A stretch of DNA of 32,000 bases, from the sequence record JX100813.1. One strand, given 5' to 3'. The translations under genes and the position numbers were made by a program. Shown one piece after another: positions 8,044 through 14,909 of this stretch; the stretch's first letter is position 1; every line of letters begins with the position of its first letter. The notes beneath the pieces are model-generated. The model did not search any database and was not told the DNA's origin. It saw only the letters and a program-made list of their open reading frames with translations. This DNA comes from Caulobacter phage phiCbK.

Positions 8044-8449
8044 GGGGCTTCTCGGAGATCGGGGTGAAGACTTCCAGGCCGTCGACGACCTGCATCAGAT
8101 GCGTCGGCGGATGGGCGGGATTGTAGCGGATGTAGCCGGCGAGGCCGCCGTCGATCATCGCCCCGCCCCGCTCCTTGTAGTCGTGCCGGAAGCGCGAGAC
8201 CAGGAACGAACCGTCAGGCATCTCGATCGCCGAGAACTGGGCCTGTCGGATCGAGGCCGCCGAGGTGATGTAGAGCCCGCCGTTCAGGGGATGGGTGAAG
8301 AGCCCGAAGTAGTTGTCGTGGCCCTTCTCGCGGTCCGGCGTCTCGGTGTAGAAGACGTGGAACGGCCCCTCGCGGTCGGGCAGGTCGTAATAGCCGACGT
8401 ACTTGGCGTTGTAGTGCTTTTCGGCCCCGGCGATGTTGATGCTGCTCAT
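8036..8449 (-). CDS. hypothetical protein; start trimmed to MSSINIAG
   Basis: ATG at 8447-8449 overlaps the stop of the upstream HNH gene. Confidence 0.65.
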   Translation of the reverse strand: MSSINIAGAEKHYNAKYVGYYDLPDREGPFHVFYTETPDREKGHDNYFGLFTHPLNGGLYITSAASIRQAQFSAIEMPDGSFLVSRFRHDYKERGGAMIDGGLAGYIRYNPAHPPTHLMQVVDGLEVFTPISEKPHV

Positions 8450-8949
8450 GCGACCCTCAGGAATTCTCCCCAGGCGGGGAGGGCGTGCTTCAGATAGGCG
8501 GCGTGCGCCTCGTCCGGCGTCGTGTAGCACCCGAGATAGCGGTACACCCCGTTGATCGTGACCTGGGCCTGGAACGGCTTCGTCTTGCTCCGGCTCTTGG
8601 TCACGCCCTTTGGAAGCGCGCCGACGTTCGGGCGGTTCACGAGGTTCTGGGACCGCGTCGCCTTTCGGAGGTTCTTGATCCGATTGTTGCGCCGGTTCAA
8701 GTCCTTGTGGTCGACGTCGTGATCGGGCATCACCCCGTGATGGATCGCCCAGGCCACCTTGTGGGCGGCGATTTGAATTCGCCGGCCGCCATAGGAGACC
8801 TTCATCACTCGATAGCCGTCCTTGGTCACCGAGCCGCAGCGCTTGCGGGACTTGGAGCCCCGCACGGTGATGGCGCCGGTGGCGGGATCGTACTTGTAGC
8901 GCGCCCGGAGGAAGTCGACCGGGATCGAAAACTCTGCATCCCCCGACAT
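8446..8949 (-). CDS. HNH endonuclease with AP2-like DNA-binding domain (possible homing endonuclease)
   Basis: AAHKVAWAIHHGVMPDHDVDHKDLNRRNNRIKNLRKATRSQNLVNR (HNH) then GVTKSRSKTKPFQAQVTINGVYRYLGCYTTPDEAHAAYLK (AP2). Confidence 0.92.
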   Translation of the reverse strand: MSGDAEFSIPVDFLRARYKYDPATGAITVRGSKSRKRCGSVTKDGYRVMKVSYGGRRIQIAAHKVAWAIHHGVMPDHDVDHKDLNRRNNRIKNLRKATRSQNLVNRPNVGALPKGVTKSRSKTKPFQAQVTINGVYRYLGCYTTPDEAHAAYLKHALPAWGEFLRVA

Positions 8950-8953
8950 AGGA

Positions 8954-9193
8954 TTAGTCCTTCTGGGCGTGCCGCTTGAAGAGGAGGTAGAAGCCGTAGG
9001 CGACGAGCACCGGAATCCAGAGCAGGATCAGGGCCACGGTCTGACCGAGGGTCATGAAGAAGAACGCGGCCTTCCAGTCGTTGTTGTACTGGTTGTCGCG
9101 CACCGCATGGACTTTCGGATAGTCGATCGCATAGCGGTAGCCGGCGCGCGCGAGGCCCAGAAGCAGGCCGATGATGAAGTAGAGATCGGTCAT
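8954..9193 (-). CDS. small membrane protein (79 aa)
   Basis: LYFIIGLLLGLARAGYRYAI / TLGQTVALILLWIPVLVAYGFYLLFK. Confidence 0.65.
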   Translation of the reverse strand: MTDLYFIIGLLLGLARAGYRYAIDYPKVHAVRDNQYNNDWKAAFFFMTLGQTVALILLWIPVLVAYGFYLLFKRHAQKD

Positions 9194-9196
9194 GGC

Positions 9197-9463
9197 TTAC
9201 TTCTCCGAGGCCTCGATCATCTTCTGGGCGCCGGCGTTCAGCTTCTTGCGCAGGAGCCAGAAGACCGGAATCCAGAACAGGGCGAACAGGCTGGCGGGCC
9301 AGAGGGCGCCGAGGACCAGACCGGTGATGAAGACGAACCAGCCGTAGATGCCGAATTCGTCGAGGGTTCTGATCCCCACCTCGCGGACGAAGGTCGGGAC
9401 GATGGTCGCGCCGGCGACCCACCATCCGATGGCCAGGAAAAGGCCGACGAGCCAGTAGAACAT
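9197..9463 (-). CDS. small membrane protein (88 aa)
   Basis: MFYWLVGLFLAIGWWVAG / YGWFVFITGLVLGALWPASLFALFWIPVFWLL. Confidence 0.65.
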   Translation of the reverse strand: MFYWLVGLFLAIGWWVAGATIVPTFVREVGIRTLDEFGIYGWFVFITGLVLGALWPASLFALFWIPVFWLLRKKLNAGAQKMIEASEK

Positions 9464-9765
9464 CAGGGTTGTTCCTTCTCAAGACCCACGTCAGGGTCGT
9501 ATTTCAGGATGACGCCGTCCTCGTTACGGTGCTCCATCAGCGGGAACCCCGAGACGAACTGCGGCACGAAGAGGTCGCGGCGCGGCTGCTGGAGCCAGAT
9601 CAGGCCGGTCTCGGCGACCACCGCGCGCTCGGCCGGGGTAAGCTCCCAGCAGGAGATCACGCCCTCGGGGCCGGTGTAGGTGTGGAGCGGCGCGACCGTG
9701 TCCTCGTTCCCCGGAGCGGGGTTCCAGACCTTGTTGGCGCCGGCGAAGTTACGAGGGACGGCCAT
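9463..9765 (-). CDS. hypothetical protein (100 aa)
   Basis: minus-strand ORF, natural composition, 1-nt overlap with downstream gene. Confidence 0.6.
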   Translation of the reverse strand: MAVPRNFAGANKVWNPAPGNEDTVAPLHTYTGPEGVISCWELTPAERAVVAETGLIWLQQPRRDLFVPQFVSGFPLMEHRNEDGVILKYDPDVGLEKEQP

Positions 9766-10000
9766 CGGCGTTCTTGCCCTTGTTGACGAAATACCAGATC
9801 GCCAGGGCGATCAGGAAGCCGGGGACGCCCAGCGGCCATGCGATGGCCATGCCCAGCGCGGTGAAGAAGCCCAGCGCCACCGCGCCCGCCGCGTCGGCGA
9901 GCTTCAGGACCCCGGTGCGGCTTTCGTGCTTGATCGTCCAGATGGTCGCGACAAGGCCGCTGACCACGCCCAGGATGATCGAGAAGATGATGTAATTCAA
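9749..10000 (-). CDS. small membrane protein, TTG start (MNYIIFSIILGVVSGLVATIW...)
   Basis: TTG at 9998-10000; the ORF-track N-terminal extension is Arg/Gly-rich shadow; 3-nt-scale overlap with MazG-like gene. Confidence 0.6.
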   Translation of the reverse strand: MNYIIFSIILGVVSGLVATIWTIKHESRTGVLKLADAAGAVALGFFTALGMAIAWPLGVPGFLIALAIWYFVNKGKNADGRPS

Positions 10001-10380
10001 AGCAGACCCGCCGCCTGCTTGGCGGCCTCCTTGGCGCGGACCTTGTCGGGAGACAGGCTCTTCACGCGGTTGATCTCGTCGGCCTCGCAGCCGTCGGCGC
10101 TGATGCCGAGATTTTCGCAGAGGGTGTAGAGTGACAGCAACAGGCCGCCGACCTCTTCCTTGACCTCGCCGACCGGCCGGCTGTAGGTCCAGTGCGCCTG
10201 CCGGATCACGTCCTCCAGGCTCAGGCCCTGGGTCTGGACGAGTTCCATGCACTCCTCCAGGGTGCGGAAGGCCTGGATGCGCCGGTTGAAGACGCGGCCC
10301 GTCAGGACCTCCTCGACCCACTTCCAGCACCACGTCTGGCGCTTGGCCCGGTGCTCATGACAGGCGTCGACCTCGGTCAC
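9997..10380 (-). CDS. MazG-like / NTP pyrophosphohydrolase-like helical protein, GTG start
   Basis: FRTLEECMELVQTQGLSLEDVIRQAHWTYSRPVGEVKEEVGGLLLSLYTLCENLGI; SD GGAGAAAATC precedes GTG at 10378-10380. Confidence 0.65.
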   Translation of the reverse strand: MTEVDACHEHRAKRQTWCWKWVEEVLTGRVFNRRIQAFRTLEECMELVQTQGLSLEDVIRQAHWTYSRPVGEVKEEVGGLLLSLYTLCENLGISADGCEADEINRVKSLSPDKVRAKEAAKQAAGLL

Positions 10381-10523
10381 GATTTTCTCCAGTCGAACAG
10401 CGCCCAGAAGGCTTGGCGGGTGTCCCTGGTCCAGGACCAGGGACGGATCGCCAGGATGGAAAGGACGAGGGCGGCGGCGAGATAGATCAGCGCCGCCCGC
10501 GCCACGATGTCGAGGAATCCCAT
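10377..10523 (-). CDS. 48-aa single-pass membrane protein (MGFLDIVARAALIYLAAALVLSILATRPWSWTRDTRQAFWALFDWRKS), absent from ORF track
   Basis: ATG at 10521-10523, stop overlaps downstream GTG start (GTGA). Confidence 0.5.
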   Translation of the reverse strand: MGFLDIVARAALIYLAAALVLSILAIRPWSWTRDTRQAFWALFDWRKS

Positions 10524-10526
10524 GGC

Positions 10527-11759
10527 CTAGCCCTTCACGCAGAGGACTTGCTTGAGGGTGTGGACGATGTCCACGAGGTCCTTCTGGGCCTCCATGACCG
10601 CGTCGATGTCCTTGTAGGCCATCGGGATTTCGTCGATCACGCCAGCGTCCTTGCGGCACTCCACGCCCTCGGTGGCCTTGATCTGGTCCTCCAGGGTGAA
10701 GGTCGCCTTGGCCTGGGTCCGCGACATCGTCCGGCCCGCGCCGTGCGAGCACGAGCAGAACGAGTCCGCATTGCCCTTGCCGCGCACGATGTAGGACTTG
10801 GCCCCCATCGAGCCGGGGATGATCCCGAACTGGTCCTTCTGCGCCGACACCGCGCCCTTGCGGGTCACGAAGACCCACTCGTCGAAGTGGAATTCCTTCT
10901 GGACGTAGTTGTGGTGGCAGTTCACCGCTTCCTTGTCCGTCTTGAACGGCGGCAGGCCCGACGCCCGCATGGCCTCCAGGACCCGGACCATCATCATCTC
11001 GCGGTTGATCCGCGCGAAGTCCTGGCCCCAGGCGACGGCTTCCACGTAGTCGTGGAACTCCGGCTCGCCTTCGCAGAGCCAAGCAAGGTCCTTGTCCAGC
11101 GGCTTGCGCCCGTCACGACGCAGCATCATCTCCTTGGCCTTCTCGATGAAGATGCGGCCGATGGTGTTGCCGACGCCGCGCGAGCCCGAGTGGAGCATCA
11201 CCCAGACGCGCTGGTCCTCGTCGAGGCAGACCTCGATGAAGTGGTTGCCGCCGCCCAGGGTGCCCAGTTGGACCACGCTGTTGGCGTTCTTCAGCGCCGG
11301 GTACTTCTCGCAGAGCTTGTCGAACCGCGCCTCCAGGCCCGAATCGACCCACTTGCGCAGGATCGAGTTGGGGATGCCGCTGCGCCCGTTCCAGCCGCCC
11401 GACGGACCCGGCCCGCCGTGCGGGACGGCGTGCTCGATCAGCGAGCGAAGCTTGGACAGGCTGTCGGGAAGGTCCGACGCGGTCAGGCTGGTGCGGACCG
11501 CCATCATGCCGCAGCCGATGTCGACGCCGACGGCGGCCGGGATGATCGCGCCCTTGGTCGGGATCACCGAGCCCACGGTCGAGCCGATGCCCATGTGGAC
11601 ATCCGGCATCAGGGCGACATGCGAGTGAATGAAGGGCAGGGCCGCGAGGTTGTGGGCCTGGACCTGAGCCGGTTGCTCGAAGTTCACGCCGCGAACCCAG
11701 GCCTTGATCACCCCGCCATTCCAGCCGTTGATCTCTTCGTAATGGGTCTCGGCGGACAC
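10527..11759 (-). CDS. rtcB: RtcB-family RNA-splicing ligase, GTG start
   Basis: MPDVHMGIGSTVGSVIP, GVDIGCGMMAVRT, LGTLGGGNHFIEV, VMLHSGSRGVGN, NCHHNYV, RKGAVSA, PGSMGAKSYIVRGK, CSHGAGRTMSRTQA (ligase guanylylation His). Confidence 0.96.
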   Translation of the reverse strand: MSAETHYEEINGWNGGVIKAWVRGVNFEQPAQVQAHNLAALPFIHSHVALMPDVHMGIGSTVGSVIPTKGAIIPAAVGVDIGCGMMAVRTSLTASDLPDSLSKLRSLIEHAVPHGGPGPSGGWNGRSGIPNSILRKWVDSGLEARFDKLCEKYPALKNANSVVQLGTLGGGNHFIEVCLDEDQRVWVMLHSGSRGVGNTIGRIFIEKAKEMMLRRDGRKPLDKDLAWLCEGEPEFHDYVEAVAWGQDFARINREMMMVRVLEAMRASGLPPFKTDKEAVNCHHNYVQKEFHFDEWVFVTRKGAVSAQKDQFGIIPGSMGAKSYIVRGKGNADSFCSCSHGAGRTMSRTQAKATFTLEDQIKATEGVECRKDAGVIDEIPMAYKDIDAVMEAQKDLVDIVHTLKQVLCVKG

Positions 11760-11786
11760 GGCGGGCTCCTTCTGTGGTGTCGTGAT

Positions 11787-12002
11787 TTACGACTTTTGAC
11801 CATGCTCCTCGGACGGTGTCAACACTTCTTCAACGGCGGTGATCTGAATTTGCAGCAGACTGGCCGCCGGGTGGCTGGGCGGAAGAAGGGCCTCGGCCTG
11901 TTTCATGGCGTCCAGGGTGTCTTCCAGCGCAGCGCGGAAGGTGTTGCGCTGCTCGGTGGTGGCGCGGACGGCGGAGGGAAATTCGAAGATCATGGGGATC
12001 AC
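11787..12002 (-). CDS. hypothetical protein (71 aa), GTG start
   Basis: ORF downstream of a terminator; C-terminus overlaps the promoter upstream of rtcB. Confidence 0.5.
   Translation of the reverse strand: MIPMIFEFPSAVRATTEQRNTFRAALEDTLDAMKQAEALLPPSHPAASLLQIQITAVEEVLTPSEEHGQKS
11794..11822 (-). promoter_or_regulatory. predicted promoter P3, upstream of rtcB (degenerate -10)
   Basis: GTGTTGACA-N17-TCAAAA then ACGACACCACAGAAGGAG. Confidence 0.6.
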
Positions 12003-12026
12003 CTTGAAGGGGTACGCTAAAACGAA

Positions 12027-12057
12027 AAACGCCGGCGAGGATGGCTCGCCGGCGTTT
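12027..12057 (-). terminator. rho-independent terminator, leftward
   Basis: 13-bp perfect stem (aaacgccggcgag / ctcgccggcgttt) with 5-nt loop gatgg; minus-strand transcript continues ...GGCGTTTTTCGTTTTAG. Confidence 0.92.
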
Positions 12058-12088
12058 CCTAGTCCAGGGCGGGGCTAGAGCCGCCGCC

Positions 12089-12919
12089 TTACTTCACGTT
12101 GATGAACGGGATCGCGCCGCCGGTGGTGTTCGGCAGGTGACCATCCCACTTCTCGATCGCCTTGAGTTCGACGATCTGCGGCGAGGCCGAGATCGACGCG
12201 GCCAGCAGACGGTTCGATTCGGCTTGACCACGGGCCTGCTCGATCGCGGCATTGGCTTCGGCCTTGGCGACCTCGACGCGGGCGGTGGCCGCCACGGTGT
12301 CGGCGTCGGCCTTGGTCTTGGCCTGGATCGAATCGAGGATCACCTGCGGGTAGCGGATGTTGCCGATCCAGTCGAGTTGACTGATCGTCACCCCGTCCCT
12401 GGCCCACTTCTTCTGCACGCCGGCGAGCGCCCGCTGGATCACCTGCTGGCGTCCGCCCTTGTACAGGAACTCGACCGACACCAGTTCGGTCTCGCGGGCG
12501 ATCGCCGAGCGGACGTCGTTGCGGATCGGACCTTCGAACAGTTGGTCGAACGACAGCCGGTACTTCTTGTAGAGCGCCGGCGCCGCCGCCGGGTCGACAC
12601 GCATGACGAGTTGGACGTCGGCGGTCATCGGCAGGGCGTTGTTGTCCGAGAACGTGACTTCCTCGTTCTCGGCGCCGCGCTCGTCGGCGTCGCGGGTGTA
12701 GGTGTAGGTGCGCTGGATCGCCGGGTAGTCGACGATCTTCTCGCCCAGGCCGTTGAAGTGCATGCCCGAGGCCAGCGGCGTCGGATCGACGCCCGAGCCG
12801 CCCATGGTGCGAATCTTCACGCCGACATTGCCCGGCTCGACGGTATGGAAACCGCAGGCCGACATGGCCGCCGCCATGCCCATCAGGGCGACGGCGGTCA
12901 GGAAGGACTTAATCTTCAA
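12089..12919 (-). CDS. SPFH/band-7 (prohibitin-like) domain lipoprotein, TTG start
   Basis: lipobox AAAMSAC; VEPGNVGVKIRTMGG...; coiled AATARVEVAKAEANAAIEQARGQAESNRLLAASISASPQIVELKAIEKWDG. Confidence 0.85.
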   Translation of the reverse strand: MKIKSFLTAVALMGMAAAMSACGFHTVEPGNVGVKIRTMGGSGVDPTPLASGMHFNGLGEKIVDYPAIQRTYTYTRDADERGAENEEVTFSDNNALPMTADVQLVMRVDPAAAPALYKKYRLSFDQLFEGPIRNDVRSAIARETELVSVEFLYKGGRQQVIQRALAGVQKKWARDGVTISQLDWIGNIRYPQVILDSIQAKTKADADTVAATARVEVAKAEANAAIEQARGQAESNRLLAASISASPQIVELKAIEKWDGHLPNTTGGAIPFINVK

Positions 12920-13259
12920 GGGGTTGCTCCTTGCTTTGTTTCGGGGATTTGTGGAACGCTTTTGCGATGTCGCCAGCCAGCTTCATCGCGAACATCACGA
13001 CCGTCGGCAGGCCAACGAACAGGACCGCGAAGGCCGCGAACGAGGCGCCGAGGAAGTGGGCTTCGGTGAGGGTCCAGGCAAAGCCCATGATGACCAGCGC
13101 GCCGGCCATGATCACGAGCATCGGATAGACCGAGAGGCGGTAGAAGAGCCCCGGAAGGCGCTTGTCCTTGAGGGCCGCGCTGGGACCGCCCAAGGCGTTC
13201 ACCAGGAAGAAGACCATCAGGATCAGATAGATCGGGAAGAGCGGAAGGAAGAGCCTCAT
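12909..13259 (-). CDS. membrane protein (116 aa), several TM helices
   Basis: MRLFLPLFPIYLILMVFFLVNAL...MLVIMAGALVIMGFAW; ATG at 13257-13259. Confidence 0.7.
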   Translation of the reverse strand: MRLFLPLFPIYLILMVFFLVNALGGPSAALKDKRLPGLFYRLSVYPMLVIMAGALVIMGFAWTLTEAHFLGASFAAFAVLFVGLPTVVMFAMKLAGDIAKAFHKSPKQSKEQPLED

Positions 13260-13993
13260 TGGGCGCGGCCTTTCAGGAGTTCGTTGACGCGATTGCGCAG
13301 GCTGTCGACCTTGTCCTGGCCCCCGAGGATGTCGGCGAGCAGGGTTTCGTCGACGCGGCTGAGCGCCCAGGCGAGATCGACCATCAGCGTCGTCTTCTGC
13401 TCGGTCGCGATGGCGACCTGCTCCTCGATCGCCTCGACGATCGCGGTGACGAGGACTTCCTGGCGCACGCGCCAGCAGCCGTCGTCGCCGGCATAGAACC
13501 AAGTCGAGATGATGTTGTCGGCGCGGCTGTTGTCGGCGATCTTGCGGGCGGCGTGGTAGGGGCCGTCATCGCGGCCGAGCACCGTGCCCAGGGCCAGGGC
13601 CGCCTCGATGTCCCTGAACCGGTTGGCGACCATGGGGAACCACGACTCGCGGTCCTTGAAGTCGTCGCGGGCGTTCTGGATGATCTGGAGGATCAGGGCC
13701 ACGCGCTTGTCCGAGATCGGCCGGTCCTCGACCAGCCGGCGGGACGCCCACTTGACGCGTTCGAGCGGCGTGACCACCACCGGCGCGCCGGCGTTGAGCA
13801 GCAGCTTGGCGACCTCGTTCTCGTAGGACTCGTACTCGCGGCAGCGCGCTTCCAGGCGACGGATCGTGGCGCGGTCCTCGATCGCCTGCTTGGTCATGTC
13901 GTCCATGGCCTCGGTGGCTTCCCGAAGTTGCTCCTCCAGGGCCGCCACGCGCTGAACGACGCCGAGCGCCAGAGTTTCGGTCGCGTCGGGCAT
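13256..13993 (-). CDS. hypothetical protein with N-terminal coiled coil
   Basis: start trimmed to MPDATETLALGVVQRVAALEEQL; ATG at 13991-13993. Confidence 0.65.
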   Translation of the reverse strand: MPDATETLALGVVQRVAALEEQLREATEAMDDMTKQAIEDRATIRRLEARCREYESYENEVAKLLLNAGAPVVVTPLERVKWASRRLVEDRPISDKRVALILQIIQNARDDFKDRESWFPMVANRFRDIEAALALGTVLGRDDGPYHAARKIADNSRADNIISTWFYAGDDGCWRVRQEVLVTAIVEAIEEQVAIATEQKTTLMVDLAWALSRVDETLLADILGGQDKVDSLRNRVNELLKGRAQ

Positions 13994-14280
13994 CAGGCCG
14001 CGAGCCCGCGCTGCTTCAAGGCGACGATCTGCTCGATCTCCTTGAGGATGTGGTCCGACAGGCGGTCGGTCCGTTCCTTGATGCCGGCGGGGACGCCGAT
14101 CTTGCACTGACCGATCTCGTGCAGGCGGTCGGAGACGGCCTTCAGGTCGATCAGGGTGTCGCTGATCAGCACCTCGGCGAGGCCGATGGCCTCGGTCTGG
14201 ATGGCGGCGATCCGCTGGGCGGTGGTCTGCGCCGATTGGCCCGCGACGAGGGCCAGGGCGGCGGTGTTCTTCTGGGTCAT
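13993..14280 (-). CDS. hypothetical protein (95 aa)
   Basis: first ORF after promoter at 14311-14339 with SD leader. Confidence 0.65.
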   Translation of the reverse strand: MTQKNTAALALVAGQSAQTTAQRIAAIQTEAIGLAEVLISDTLIDLKAVSDRLHEIGQCKIGVPAGIKERTDRLSDHILKEIEQIVALKQRGLAA

Positions 14281-14310
14281 GGAGGTCTCCTTCGTTGTCG
14301 TCGGGCGTGA

Positions 14311-14339
14311 CTTCTAGTTGGGTTCCTGGAGGCTGTCAA
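14311..14339 (-). promoter_or_regulatory. predicted promoter P4
   Basis: GTGTTGACA-N17-TAGAAG then CGACGACAACGAAGGAG. Confidence 0.88.
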
Positions 14340-14604
14340 CACTTTCGCTCACCGGCGCGGCGCCGTAGTGCGCGACCAGGACAAGCCGCGCGCCGCAGGC
14401 GACCAGCGCGCCGCGCGCGTCGTAGATCAGCCGTCCGGCCTCCTCGCCGTTCTTGTCCAGGATGATGGCCTCCCTGGCGTAGGTCGGCTTGCCGCTCTTG
14501 CCCCGCTGGATGCGGATCGGAGGATCATCCGTGCCGCGCTTGGTGTTGCGGTCGATGACCTGCCGGTTGATGTTGAGGACGCAGGTCTTGCGGGTGATCT
14601 TCAT
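14314..14604 (-). CDS. hypothetical protein (96 aa; MKITRKTCVLNINRQ...)
   Basis: ATG at 14602-14604; upstream portion of ORF track is shadow; its 3' end carries the next promoter. Confidence 0.65.
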   Translation of the reverse strand: MKITRKTCVLNINRQVIDRNTKRGTDDPPIRIQRGKSGKPTYAREAIILDKNGEEAGRLIYDARGALVACGARLVLVAHYGAAPVSESVDSLQEPN

Positions 14605-14909
14605 TTGGCGGCGGCCTCCATCCTGAGGGTGATGATTTCCTGGCGCAGGCGCTCGTTCTCGCTCCGCAGCCGTTCGAGAGGGTCGGTGATCGCCCGGACG
14701 CGCGCGTCGATCAGGGCCTTCTCCTCGGGCGAGCGCCACTGGTAGCCGTGATAGAGGACGCTCAGCAGGTTGACCTTGCCGCTGCCGGCGACGATCTTGC
14801 CCCGCGTCTTGAGCCATTCCGCCGCCGCCGCCTCATGCAGGAGCCAGGGCGTGGGATGCAGGGGAAGCAGGCGCGCCGGGATCGGCGCGCCATGGTGGTC
14901 CAGGATCAA
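14601..14909 (-). CDS. hypothetical protein (102 aa), C-terminal coiled coil
   Basis: DPLERLRSENERLRQEIITLRMEAAAK; ATGA overlaps both ends. Confidence 0.65.
   Translation of the reverse strand: MILDHHGAPIPARLLPLHPTPWLLHEAAAAEWLKTRGKIVAGSGKVNLLSVLYHGYQWRSPEEKALIDARVRAITDPLERLRSENERLRQEIITLRMEAAAK

Noticed and set aside
11787-11822. P3 as a strong promoter for rtcB
   Set aside because: Only the strong-promoter reading is rejected: the -35 block and leader fit, but the -10 (TCAAAA) is poor, so it is kept at reduced confidence.
10413-12020. 535-aa plus-strand ORF opposite rtcB
   Set aside because: Mirror of the RtcB reading frame and crosses a strong leftward promoter region; composition typical of an antisense artefact.
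12041-13069. 342-aa plus-strand ORF opposite the SPFH lipoprotein gene
   Set aside because: Antisense of a supported gene and starts inside a leftward terminator hairpin.
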